Source of the DNA: Octopus vulgaris
Taxonomy: Eukaryota
Length of the DNA: 64,000 nt
Direction of reading: 5' to 3'
Assembly (NCBI GenBank): GCA_951406725.2
Contig: OX597814.1
Location: 58,280,001-58,344,000 of the forward strand
Both the position numbers and the translations under genes were made by a program. Below, piece by piece: positions 1-13,069 of the stretch. Every line of letters starts with the position of its first letter. Positions within the stretch are counted from its first letter, which is position 1. Under the pieces are notes generated by a model. It did no database searches and was not told the origin of the DNA. It saw only the letters and a list, made by a program, of their open reading frames with translations.

Positions 1-390
1 GGAGAGTTCTAAATAAGGGAAGGTAGTGGGTGATTTCTTCCGGTGTAAGGGAGATAATCGCTTAAAAATGTTTTTCCCTTTCCCTTAATGTGAATTTCTC
101 TGTAACAGTATGTTCGGATGGTTGAGTCTGGGCTTGTACTTTTCAATGAAGAATGTTTCCTTGTTTAGTCTAATTTGTGTTGATGATCCGAAAGCACATT
201 GGTAAAATGGAAAGATTAACAATTGTGGTAGTAGTTGCTTTGCGCATTTCTCATGTGCTCACTACAAGGTATCATTCTATATTCTGGGAATGCAATCTGT
301 TGTCGATGCAGTGTGCATCTACGTCTGAGTGATAGTCCCGTGGAACCCACGTAGTCTTGGTGGCAGCCCGAGCATTTTATGACATAAAAT

Positions 391-1256
391 TCATGCCACC
401 CAAGACACACTAAAACAAATATCCCCTTCAACGTTGCAAGAAGGATATGCACAATAGTGTCAGAACAAAATACCAGAAACTTTAGACTGCAAGAACTCAA
501 AAACACCCTAATTGACAGACATTACCCAGCTCAACTCATAGAGGATGGGATCAGACGTGCAACAGAAATCAACATAGAAACTTTAAGAAAAGTTCAACAC
601 AACAACACACCTTCCCCGAAAATACTACCTTACATATCTACATACAACCCCAGAAACAAAGAAGCCTTCACCATCATCACCCAGAATTTACCAATACTTC
701 ATAAAAACCCCAAATTAAAGGAAATTCTAAACAAACACCAAATCATTAAAAGCTACAAACAGCCTAAATCACTTAAAAAGATTCTCACAAAGGCAAAATT
801 GTCTTCTGAAATTACGGATGCAAGAGTAAAAAAATGTGGTAGATCGAACTGTGCAACATGTCCTAACCTGCTAGAAGGATCAGAATTCCACTTTAAAGAG
901 GGACAGAATTTCAAGATCAAATCTAACTTTACTTGTGCCTCTGAAAACATAATTTATGTCATAAAATGCTCGGGCTGCCACCAAGACTACGTGGGTTCCA
1001 CGGGACTATCACTCAAACGTAGATGCACACTGCATCGACAACAGATTGCATTCCCAGAATATAGAATGATACCTTTTAGTGAGCACATGAGAAATGCGCA
1101 AAGCAACTACTACCACACTTTTTAATCTTTCCATTTTACCAATGTGCTTTCGGATCATCAACACAAATTAGACTAAACAAGGAAACATTCTTCATTGAAA
1201 AGTACAAGCCCAGACTCAACCATCCGAACATACTGTTACAGAGAAATTCACATTAA
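391..1256 (+). pseudogene. PLE polyprotein C-terminus: RT thumb, Cys linker and GIY-YIG endonuclease, one frameshift near 1092
   Basis: Reads SCHPRHTKTNIPFNVARRICTI (thumb), CGRSNCATC (Cys linker), IYVIKCSGCHQDYVGSTG (GIY-YIG). After the frameshift it continues KCAKQLLPHFLIFPFYQ...RLNKETFFIEKYKPRLN to TAA at 1254-1256. Confidence 0.9.
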
Positions 1257-1387
1257 GGGAAAGGGAAAAAAATTTTAAGCGTTTATCTCCCTTACACCGG
1301 AAGAAATCACCCACTACCTTCCCTTATTTAGAACTCTCCGGAGCATAAACACAACGATAACTCTATTCAACATAAACATAACGTCAC

Positions 1388-1426
1388 AAGAAATTTGAAA
1401 AGCTACACGCGAAACCGGTCTTTCTT
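1388..1426 (+). ncRNA. Minimal hammerhead-like motif (U3/A8 core variant) in the PLE 3' UTR
   Basis: aagaaa-t-TTGAAAA-gc(tacac)gc-GAAA-C-CG-GTC-tttctt: stem I aagaaa/tttctt, palindromic CCGG at stem III, GUC triplet; stem II only 2 bp. Confidence 0.55.
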
Positions 1427-1639
1427 TAAAAATTATGTCATTATAAGAGAAAAAAATTTTTTTTTTTAATTTTGTAATATTCTTCAGACATATTGACGCA
1501 AATATATATATTTTTTAACATTTAAGCCTTCTGTCGTTTTTTCACTCTTTACTATTTTCTATATATTCACCCACGTGCTTTCAGAAACCAACTTTCTTAT
1601 CTATCTATCTATCTATATATATATATCTCTATATATATA

Positions 1640-1850
1640 TATGTCTTTGTGTCTGTGTTTCTTATCCTCCCCAACACTCCTTGACAGCTGGTGCTGTTGT
1701 GTTTACGTACCAGCGGTTCGGCAAAAGAGACCAATAGAATAAATACCAGGTGAAATAAAGATAAGTATTGAGGTTGTTTCATTCGAAAACAATTCCTCAA
1801 GGTGATGAACCAGCATAGTCGCAGTCTAACGACTGAAGCAAGTAAAGGTT
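1640..1850 (+). mobile_element. SINE family A, 3' half
   Basis: gcggttcggcaaaagagacc-atagaataa...cagcat..cgcagtc block shared with more than 10 copies in the window. Confidence 0.75.
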
Positions 1851-1920
1851 ATACTGTAAAAAAGAAGCGATGAACACTTGCTCTAATCAGTCTTTTTGCA
1901 TACGAGATATAAGAACAATA

Positions 1921-2139
1921 TACAATGGGGTACAGATAGTTCCTGGCTCTGAGGGTGTCACAAAAGACCTGGTCTGACGCCCAACCTTCCGTGTTCCTTT
2001 ACAGGGCTTAAAAAATATAAAGGACTGTTGCAATATGTGTGTGAGTCTGAGAGGGGAATATGTTGAATAAAATATTTATTCACAGATCTCCTGTATTTTC
2101 TTTCATCCAAAGGCAGGAACTTTTCAGCACTCACTCGTA
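1921..2139 (+). mobile_element. Mariner-derived MITE
   Basis: Degenerate TIRs with TA ends (tacaatggggtacagatagttcctggct / aggcaggaacttttcagcactcactcgta); internal CVSLRGEYVE* mariner C-terminal remnant; reverse-complement relative of 61623..61821. Confidence 0.7.
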
Positions 2140-2469
2140 AATCTTGTCATGTTTTTCCATTACTAATAATATACATATATATTTTAATACCATTCCAAAG
2201 ATATAACATACGTAACAAAGGAATTGTAATGATCGAGACATGTCTGTGGCATGACGATCCGATTATAAAATGAAGTTACAAAAGAATGCCTATTGATGCT
2301 GCAGTGTTTAAAGGTAGATTTATTTGAAGCTACTCTGCTCACATATGAACAGTTTTAAGTATTCTGCAAAAAGCATCAACCTTTGTTCCAGTATAATATC
2401 CAGTAGTTTCACAGTTTTTCACTAAAAAAGAAGTGTTACTTTTATATATACATTATTGCAACATATAGA

Positions 2470-2820
2470 TACAGGTGTGGGTATGTGGTAAGAAATTTGC
2501 TTACCAACTACACGGTTCCGGATCCGAGTCTACAGCGTGGAACTTTTGGTATGTGGTTTCTACTATAGCTTCGGGCCGACCAAAGCCTTGCGAGTTAACG
2601 GAAACTGAAAAGCGCGTCTTATATTATGTGTGTATACAAGAATATTTACGTCTCTGTAAATTAGCGATTCATAAAAAAAAACATAAAGTAAATACTAGGG
2701 TTAAAAAAAAGGAAAAACGTACTGGAGTAAATTCATTCCAATGAACACTCTTCAAGGCGCTACCCCATGATGGTTGCGATATAATGATTGAAATAATTAA
2801 AAGATAAAAGATAAAAGATA
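2470..2820 (+). mobile_element. SINE family A, degenerate near-full copy
   Basis: tRNA-like head (gtggtaagaaatttgcttaccaac...ggttccggg) and (aaagat)n tail. Confidence 0.6.
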
Positions 2821-3416
2821 TATGTTAGTAGTAATATGACGAATAATGGTTATATTAAGTAACAACAAATACAATGTTGGGAAATGCGTCGCAAGAAAGA
2901 AGCTAAGAATAGAGAAAAGCATATGATTCCTTAGAGATTTAGCATGAAAAATGCATACTGAAAAGATCCATCAAAGTACTTCGTTCTTGCTCAGTGTTGG
3001 AAATGTACAGGCAAAAATAATGAGGGTAATTTTCTTTCATTTGTTCATATAAATACATCTTATATATGTGTTTATATGCGTGTATATGTATACATATACA
3101 CTCATATATGCCCATAAATATACATATACAATTTATTTTGTCCTCAGTCGAAAGACACCTGTTATCATATTCTTGTTGTTCGCATTTGTAATTGTATACC
3201 ATTTTCTCCCTTTTTTATCTTCGTTGTCGTACACATTCGCTAGGTTTCTTATAAAACAATCTAATGCTCTTAGCTTAGACCGTTTTGGGGGCAACCAGAT
3301 CGAACAGTCTCAAGTATAACTGCCCGAAACTCTAAGGACATCTAGTAACTTGCCTGACGAAAGGAGGCCACGAATGACTCATTTTTTCTCCTGTCTCTCT
3401 ATTGCATTTTTTTTCC

Positions 3417-3471
<55 letters not shown>

Positions 3472-4231
3472 AAAGAGGGAGAGAAAGAAGGGGGGAGATA
3501 CACACACACACAATGTAGAAAGTTTAAAGTACAGAGCTTACACAAATGGCCACACTCATATCAACTATTAGGCTAAAAGAATAGCATAGCATATGATGTC
3601 AGTATTAGGTCGGTCTAGCCCATGTTCTGACACCACCCTCTGATACCTGAGCTCTATTGTTGTCCAGAAAGCGGGTTGTATTCAGTCACTATTAATGGCA
3701 ATTCAAGTGTCGCTTTTTGGTTGTATTTCGTCTAACCACCCTTATTGTTTATAATTTCCATATATGTATGTATATACAATACATACATGCATGCATATAT
3801 ATATATTATGGCGAATTAAAGACGGAAGATGGAATATACGAGAATTTATTATTAATCACGACAATTGTTTCGACACATCTAGCAACCGTTCCTCGTGGGT
3901 GGGACTCTCAACAGCTGGTTCAGGAGCATCTGGCGGTGCAGATTTATCATGTCGAACGATAAATAAATACAACTCGCTGAAATAATTGTTCTGCAATATA
4001 ACTTCCCGTTTTCTAGAAAGAAAAGCAATCAGACGGGGGTAATATTTTCATTTATATAGAAGATCAAAATAAAATCACTGATGACAAAAAGAGAAACGAA
4101 TACGCAATCCAGCGTATTAAAAGTATTAAAAATAATATATGTATACATATATAGTAAGAGAGAGATGTATTTGAATACATATATATATATATATTCATAT
4201 ATATGTATCTATATTTATGTACGTATGTGTA

Positions 4232-4291
<60 letters not shown>

Positions 4292-4536
4292 CATATATAT
4301 ATTTGAATAGTTGAATGAATTATCTTATTAAGGATAATTCGAAAGATAACCGATACCTGGGTAGCAAATTCACATCAGAAAGAACACGGTTTAAGTTACG
4401 TCCCTAGGGCATAGACTACGTGCTTTCGTGCGGAAATGTGTATGTTTATTTTTAAATTATAAGTATATGAAAGAATGGAGTTGAACGACACCTCACATCT
4501 ACGTCGTTCAACTCCATTCTTTCATATACTTATATT

Positions 4537-4592
<56 letters not shown>

Positions 4593-4605
4593 CGTGTTTG
4601 GTGCG

Positions 4606-4676
<71 letters not shown>

Positions 4677-5529
4677 TAGAAGGAAATAACGTTATATTTA
4701 TATCGTTATCTTCAAAAGAATAATCAACAGTGGGAAGACAGTGTTGGAGATTGATTGTTGGAGTTGAATATCAAAAGAAGTAAAGGGCACGGTAGAAATA
4801 AAAGTAGTAATGTGGACTGTTAACGTCATAGAGACATGAACGTAAGAAAACATTGATTAAGATAGATAATAGCAATTATGAACATGCGAGTGGGAAAGAG
4901 CTTTATATACTTTATCAGAAAGTAAGTGAAAGATACCAAATTACAAAACTGAACTGAAGAAAAAGATGATTTGAAAAGCCAAATAAAAGATACGATACAG
5001 GAGGGGAACAACTTTCCTTTGAGAATAAGTATATTTGAGTGATAAATGATAACGTTGTGGGAATAAAGAAATATACATTTGTATAAAGAGATGATTACCA
5101 ATATATATGAGAATGATTAATGGACACATCCGATCTATGACTTTACGTCATTTTCCTAGATTTTAAATGATGAAATGGTTCTGAATCGGATATCGAAAGA
5201 TATAGCGTCTATATTTGTTATTGTTGGCATATATATTGTTTTAGCTGAAATTGTAGTAACAGCGTTGATCATGATCTGCATTCTTTAGAACAATCGACTG
5301 ACAAAATGTAAGTGTATGATAGAAATATAATTGCTATTGTTGCTTACATCATGCAATATTTGTCTCTCGTGTACGTTAATGACAAATACAAAAATCTGAT
5401 AGCTTTGATAGTTTTTATCATGCATCTATCCACAAATGCATAAAATATGAGAGAACATTGGACAGTCCGTCTGTGTTCGCAAACATATCAAAACTCCTTA
5501 CTATTTATCTATCTATCTATCTATCTATA

Positions 5530-5566
<37 letters not shown>

Positions 5567-5671
5567 GTCTATCTAGCTATCTATGAATTTATGTTAAGAG
5601 TGAAGGAGACAAAGAGAGAGAGAGAGACACCGAGAGAGACATAGTGAGACCATGTGAAGGAGAGAGGGCCA

Positions 5672-5711
<40 letters not shown>

Positions 5712-6329
5712 AACAGGAAGTTATTATGTGAGTGTGTTGATTGCCCAGGGCTGTAAGAACTCAATGCAATGATGTAGCGTGTTATTTGTTATTTATTATA
5801 TTTGAATATGAACTTGGAATGTGACTATTTGCTTGCTTTTGATGTATTTTCAAACGATTACGGGAAATATTTGAATATATTGTAAGTATATAACGTATAT
5901 ATATTGTAAGTATATACACTGCTGTAAATGAGCACATTAGACATTCAATTTGTTTAGACTGCACAATATTACAAAGACCTATCAGCCATTCGCATCGTTG
6001 GGTTCATTATTTTAATCACGTTACCCGCAAAAACAATTCTTTAAGTTTTCGCGAGTGTAGGCAACATTTCACACGACATTTCCGTTTTTACCTGTTAATA
6101 CATTGAAATGATGTTAGAAAATATGATTAATGACAACAGTAATATATCAACTTTGAGATTGACCTCCAGGTAGATTCGTTACATATACATGCATATATAA
6201 TGGCATACAGAGACCCGTACTTCATAAACATACGCACACACATACCTCCAAGTCAATGTATAGACATATCTAACTGTGACTATGCATGTATGTTTACAAA
6301 TTTTATCTAAATTATATAATTCATTATTC

Positions 6330-6635
6330 TATATTTAAGAGATGAGGAATTATGTACGTTATTTACATTATTTACACTATTTATATTCGACGGATATTTG
6401 TCCTCATCTTGTTTGTTGTTAACACAACATTTCGGCTGATATACCCTCCAGCGTTTTTCAGGTGCCTTGGAGAAATTTCGAACCTGGGTTCTCATTCCTA
6501 AGCTATTTTTCGATGTTCTTCTTCTTCTTCTTCTTGTTATTATTATTGTTATTGTTCAGGTCACTGCTTGGCATCGAACTCAGAATCTTGGGGTTAGTAG
6601 CCTGCGCTCTTAACCAGTACGCCATATGCCCGTGG
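6330..6635 (-). mobile_element. tRNA-headed SINE-like element with an internal hammerhead-like motif
   Basis: Minus strand: tRNA-like head with A box (TGGCGTACTGGTTAAG) and B box (GAGTTCGATGCC), then an (AAT)/(AAG) spacer, then cac-CTGAAAA-acgctg...cagcc-GAAA-tg-TT-gtg at 6423..6464. Confidence 0.6.
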
Positions 6636-7484
6636 CCATATAATTCATACCTATTGCGTCTTGTCTGTACAATCTGGCGCCTTGTAACTTATTGTAAACA
6701 AATCAAAGTAATTCTGTGTGTTTGAATGCACGTCTGTATTTTGAGAAGTTGGAGTCCTAATTTCTCGTGTCTGCTCTCCTTAAAGAATGCAGATGCCGGT
6801 TAAATCGTGTTTAAAGTTGTTTCAATATTAAACTTGCAAGTTCACTTTTCAGTTTTACTTTTGAGCAATGGGTTTAGTCTGTTGCAAGTTGTGTTATGTT
6901 AGTGTCTGTTCTATTTGCCTGTGCGTCTAATGTGAGTTGTATTGCTTTTATCGGATAGTATTGTTGTAGAAAATTGGGTGTATGTTGTGCGAGGATTGTT
7001 GTATTTTGGGGGCACTATTCAATTATCTTGTGCAGTATGTGGGCGGTTGCTGGTATAGCTATATTTGGCACAGTTTTTAATATTATAAATGTTGGCATGG
7101 CTTTTATGCTTTCGATCACAAATTTCATCATAAATAATACTCCAATCATTGTATTCATTTCATGCCACACATATTAAATATTTGAATTACGAGATCTTTG
7201 TAATTTGACAGTTTTTCCAATATTTTGGCCAGAAAAGATTGGTTTTGTGATTTTGTTTCTAGTTCTTTATTATTGTATCTGGTCGGCGTACAAGAATATC
7301 GTTTTTAGTTATCATGGATAACTATCATCAAATCGCTACCTTCTACAAACTTTGGTACATGTTTTTACAATTCTTGCTTGTGTTTACGAGTGGCGTATTG
7401 TTCAGAGCAGAAGGTGGACCCCGCGAAATAACTTTACTAGGAATTAATGTGACGAGTACTTTCAGTTAATTTGTTCTGATAGTT

Positions 7485-8142
<658 letters not shown>

Positions 8143-8292
8143 CTAATTTCAATTATCCGCACCAACGCACGGTTGCAACACCATATGGTTGTACCTCCAA
8201 CCGTGCTGTTTTACTGCTGTGATTTTTGCTACTAAGGTATCGGTTAAACTTTTGATTAATCTACTACAAGATTATTCATCTTTCTATTTCAC

Positions 8293-8430
<138 letters not shown>

Positions 8431-8472
8431 GTGTGTGTATACGTATGCATTTATGCACGTGTGTATGTATAT

Positions 8473-8892
8473 ACTCTTTACTCTTTTACTCTTTTACTTG
8501 TTTCAGTTATTTGACTGCGGCCATGCTGGTGCACCGCCTTTAGTCGAGCAAATCGACCCCGGGACTTATTCTTTGTAAGTCCAGTACTTATTCTATCGGT
8601 CTCTTTTGCCGAACCGCTAAGTGACGGGGACGTAAACACACCAACATCCGTTGTCAAGCAATGCTAGGGGGACAAACACACACACACAAACACACATACA
8701 CATATATACATATATATAGATATATACGACAGGCTTCTTTCAGTTTCTGTCTACCAAATCCACTCACAAGGCATTGGTCGGCCCGGGGCTATAGCAGAAG
8801 AAACTTGCCCAAGATGTTACGGAGTGGGACTGAACCCGGAACCATATGGTTGGTTAGCAAGCTACTTACCACACAGCCACTCCTGCGCCTAT
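8473..8892 (-). mobile_element. SINE family A, full-length, well-preserved copy
   Basis: Minus strand: taggcgcaggagtggctgtgtggtaag (A box) ... ggttccgggttcagtccc (B box), internal microsatellite, (gagtaaaa)n tail. Confidence 0.9.
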
Positions 8893-8923
8893 GTATATGT
8901 ATGTATATATATATATATATATA

Positions 8924-8959
<36 letters not shown>

Positions 8960-8969
<10 letters not shown>

Positions 8970-9200
8970 CGCGAATGTGTATCTCGGTGTCTTCATTTGT
9001 TCCCCACCACCGCTCGACAACAGATGCTGTTGTGTTTACGTTCCCGTAAATTAGAGGTTCGGCAAAAGAGATTGATAGAGCAAATACCAAACTAAAGAAC
9101 ATAAATACTGCGGTCAATTCATTCCACTTAAAATTCTCGAAGGCTATGCCCCAGCGTGATTGCAGTCTAATGATTGAAACAAGTTAATGATAAAAAAAAG
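8960..9200 (+). mobile_element. SINE family A, 3' half
   Basis: cgctcgacaac...ggttcggcaaaagag...cccagc..g..gcagtctaatga. Confidence 0.7.
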
Positions 9201-11866
9201 AATCAATCATTCTTTTCCTCATATATCAAACATTCTTGGTTTTGATTTTGATTTTGGCTCTATTCATCGTTGTTGACCTTTTCTCATCATTTATTTCTTG
9301 ATGTCTTTTATCATTTTTTCATGTCGTCTTCTTCGGTCTTTAATCTTCTGTTTTCTATCTTGTCGCTTCTTTCTTTTCTTTTATTGCTTCTTTGAATTTA
9401 TACGTCCTCTATTGATATTTTCTAAGGATTTTTCCAGTCTATCAGGTCACAATCCCTTTTGTGAGTAATGTAGGTATTTTCTGACTACATTTACGTTGAG
9501 ATGGTGACTCAGGTATGCTGTTAGCAGTTCTATGAATTTTCTAATTCTCTATTCAGTTTACTTAGATTGAAGTTCATTATATTCAACTTGCAATTTATGA
9601 ATGTTATGACAGCAGATTTGTAATCATTATCTTGTTCCATGAATTGGGTTTGATTTTTGTAATATTTGTCTGGCTCTTGTTTAGTATTCGTTCCAAATTT
9701 TCTCAGTCATTCCTACTTTTTGTAATTTATCGGTCTGCTTTAGACATTGATATTTGTGTCGGTGATTGTGGACTAATACTTTGTTTTCAGTGCCTTTGTG
9801 TAGTTTTAAATTTTCAGTGTTGGTTGATTTTCATTTTCTTCAACTCGGTTTGGCACACATAAACATCGTTTTACCATAGCTGAAAATATAGACAAATGTT
9901 TATAAGGATGTCTAGTTCAAAGTTATTCCTTCTAATATATTCGAGTCAGAAGATGGATTATTCTTAATTAATAGCATTTGTAACCTATAATAGTGTCAGT
10001 TACAAAGTTTGTCTATGGGTCAGAAATGTGGTCAGAAATGTGGAGTAAAAAGGCTCTCCTTGGAAAATTCACCATCTTCTTAACATTGTTGATGTCGAAT
10101 TTTATATTGACATTTTATGGATTTTAAAATTGAGTATTTAATTTTTAATTAAATGAAGATCCGTTGTTAATATTCTATTATTTTACTTTGTTTTCTGTAC
10201 AATTTCGATAAACTGTTTACATATTGCTCATCCAAATTATTTTTAAAAACCTCCATCCCCTTAATTTTTCCGTCTCTCCTCAATAGAAGACTTTATTTAA
10301 TTATGTTACATCTCTGAACGATTTGCTATATTCAATTCCGCTAACTTTTAATTTGTCTTATATTGACATGTTCCCATTGCTGCTCTCTGGTATCTAAATT
10401 CTCTGACATTTTCATTTTTCGAATTAGCATCAAACAAATTCCATTGGCAACAATATATAGAATAATAATAACTCTTCAGTCACTATGTCACAAACCGCCG
10501 GCAGGTTCTTTGGAAAATAAATATTAGCAAGGGAAGCACTATTAATATAAAACTGCTTCTAACAATACATCCAGGTTGAGTAGGAATTAAACATTGTTAT
10601 TACGCATTAATACTGTCGCTATTATTTCTTCTTTAAAAACCAAATAGTTTCAAATCAAGATATCGCCATAAAGCACATCTGGATTTATATCAGGAAAATT
10701 AAATTGGTAATGAGACTATAATTCGCATTATATATCAAATATGGTATAATATACACAAATATCAACTATTCTTCATAGATGGTAATATTTTTGTGATGTA
10801 TTTATTTGTTTCTGGCTATGACTTGACACATGACTTAGGAAAAACATCTTTAGATTTTAAGCAATGCTGTATATTCTGATATAATTTTGGACTCAATTTC
10901 AGTGGTTATGGTGATTTAGTTTAGTATTTAGGAAGAGATATTTTAACCAAAGCACGATATTAGGGCTTTGATCTGAACATTTTAATGTCACACATGAACC
11001 ATAATATCAAACAGACACACATTATGTGCAGTAAAGAAAAAAAATCATATGACATTATCACGCACTACACAATCTTACAGACCTGCAGCTTTCAAAGGCA
11101 AACATGGCAAATGAAATTTATCAAGCAAAAGTAGCAAATTATTTGAACTTTTATCTTCTTGAATTCACAAGATCTCTTTTGAGTCCATAAGGAAAAGATA
11201 ACAGTGATTGAAGTTTTATGCAGTTTCATTTGGGCGTTTGTCGTTAAAGAAATTTTTTCTACGCTAATTGTTTCTTCACTGCTTAGTAAAATTGCATTTA
11301 GATCAAAGATGATTAATATCACCATTGATGCCCAATATCTCATTAATTCTATTTAAATTCCTACAGAAGCAAATATTCTTTTATGTTGTCTTAAAATGAT
11401 GTTTTGCGTTTCAATGAAAAGCAATTATGACACACTTATATTTTTTATAATGTTAAATGCTGCAAACGGAAGCAAGTGGGGATACATTGCATTATTGATC
11501 ATCTGAAAATGCTAGGTGGAATTAAATTATTTTTGTACAAGACTAGAAGGTGTACCTTTTAATATTCATATAAACACAACCTACATCTATTAGCATAATA
11601 AACACAGTGGATCGTATATATAACTAATATATTATCTAGCAGAACGGGTAGGATCTCAGGATAAACAATTTTGTTCAGTCTAAAATGAAGAGCAATCCTC
11701 TTGAACAACAGAATTCTCATCATTCTGAAAACATAGAGCATTTTTAACGTTTTTTCAACGAGTATACTAACATTTTCAAAGTTACTTTTTCACTTTAATG
11801 TGATACATGTTTGTTGATTGTGTTTATAATAGAGTTGCGGATTTCTCACTGGGAATGTAGATGACA

Positions 11867-11933
<67 letters not shown>

Positions 11934-12862
11934 ATATATATATATATATATATAATTTGGTGTTGCTTCGTGAAATAAAATCAGGTACCAGCACCAAATG
12001 GCGGTGCCCCAGCATGGCCACAGCTCGTGAGCTGAAACTAGATAAAATAAAAATAATATATATATATATGTATGTATGTATGTATGTAAACAAATGGTAT
12101 ATTCTCAAAAGCTCATGTTATTAATCTACATTCGCAACAAAACTTTACATATTTCAAAATAGTGTATTCAATTGAACTAATTTAAGATATAAACCCCGAA
12201 ATGAGTAAGTGGTAAATTGCACAACCCAACAGCTACTTTGTGGACAAGGCATCATTACCTGACTTGAAGCTTTTGTGATATGCTGAATCCACACCTTTTT
12301 TTTTACCAGCACTTGTAGATTTCAAGATACCCAAACAACCCCAAACATCTTGATAAGTGTGGACTTTAATACAATTTCTATGTATGCTTTTTTGTTAGTT
12401 TCTTATAAGCTGCTTCATGAGAAAACAATGACATTCTATGTATCCCGTATTTTACAATCTTGATGCAATGGTAATAAATGGATGTCATTATCGGTTTCTT
12501 TGTCTCAAATAGCCTCTAGTTCAGGTTCGAATCTTTTGATAACTGAGGAAATAATGTTTGTGTTGGCTTTTGTCATTGAAATAATTTTGGTAAACGATAC
12601 ATCAGAACAACCACAAAATATGTCCTGCAAATGTATGGTGAGATATGAAACAACAGATAACAAAATAAATCGGTATATTTCATAGATAAAGATTAATTGT
12701 CATGTTTTTTTTCTACAGTATACTTCACAAGGAAAATCTATATAGAATTTCTCATTTGCGTCCGATGATATGCATATATAGATACATGTACATACACACA
12801 TATACGTACATACATATACGTATACATACATACATACATACATACATACATACACACACATA

Positions 12863-12942
<80 letters not shown>

Positions 12943-13033
12943 GGGAGAGTTTACGAAAAAAAACAAAATACGAAGACAGTTGGTGTACAAAACAAACAAA
13001 TATATCAGTATAACGCTCAGGAGTAGAAAGATT

Positions 13034-13069
13034 CTTTTACGTTTCGAGCCTACGCTCTTCTGCAGAAAG
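13034..13069 (-). ncRNA. Minimal hammerhead-like motif with non-canonical position 6
   Basis: cttt-CTGCAGA-a-gagc(gtag)gctc-GAAA-CG-TA-aaag. It lies in a ~150-bp element beside (TA)n that resembles 55170..55390. Confidence 0.55.

Larger units (their letters stand above)
1..1600 (+). mobile_element. 5'-truncated Penelope-like retroelement (Neptune-like) with an inverted duplication of its 3' part; left arm runs off the window start
   Basis: 1..388 is the reverse complement of 953..1339 with few mismatches. The + arm encodes a PLE C-terminal ORF, then a 3' UTR with an HHR-like motif, and ends at a TATC/TA array near 1600. Confidence 0.9.

Noticed and set aside
216-506. Minus-strand 96-aa ORF as a separate gene
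   Set aside because: It is a chimera across the fold junction: the inverted GIY-YIG copy plus antisense sequence
3245-3400. GAAACTC and CTGACGA words suggesting a hammerhead
   Set aside because: I could not build consistent stems in either topology
6557-6635. Functional tRNA gene
   Set aside because: A and B boxes are present but acceptor and anticodon stems pair poorly; treated as a SINE head
11092-11343. 83-aa ORF with a hydrophobic N-terminus
   Set aside because: No recognisable domain; length is compatible with chance
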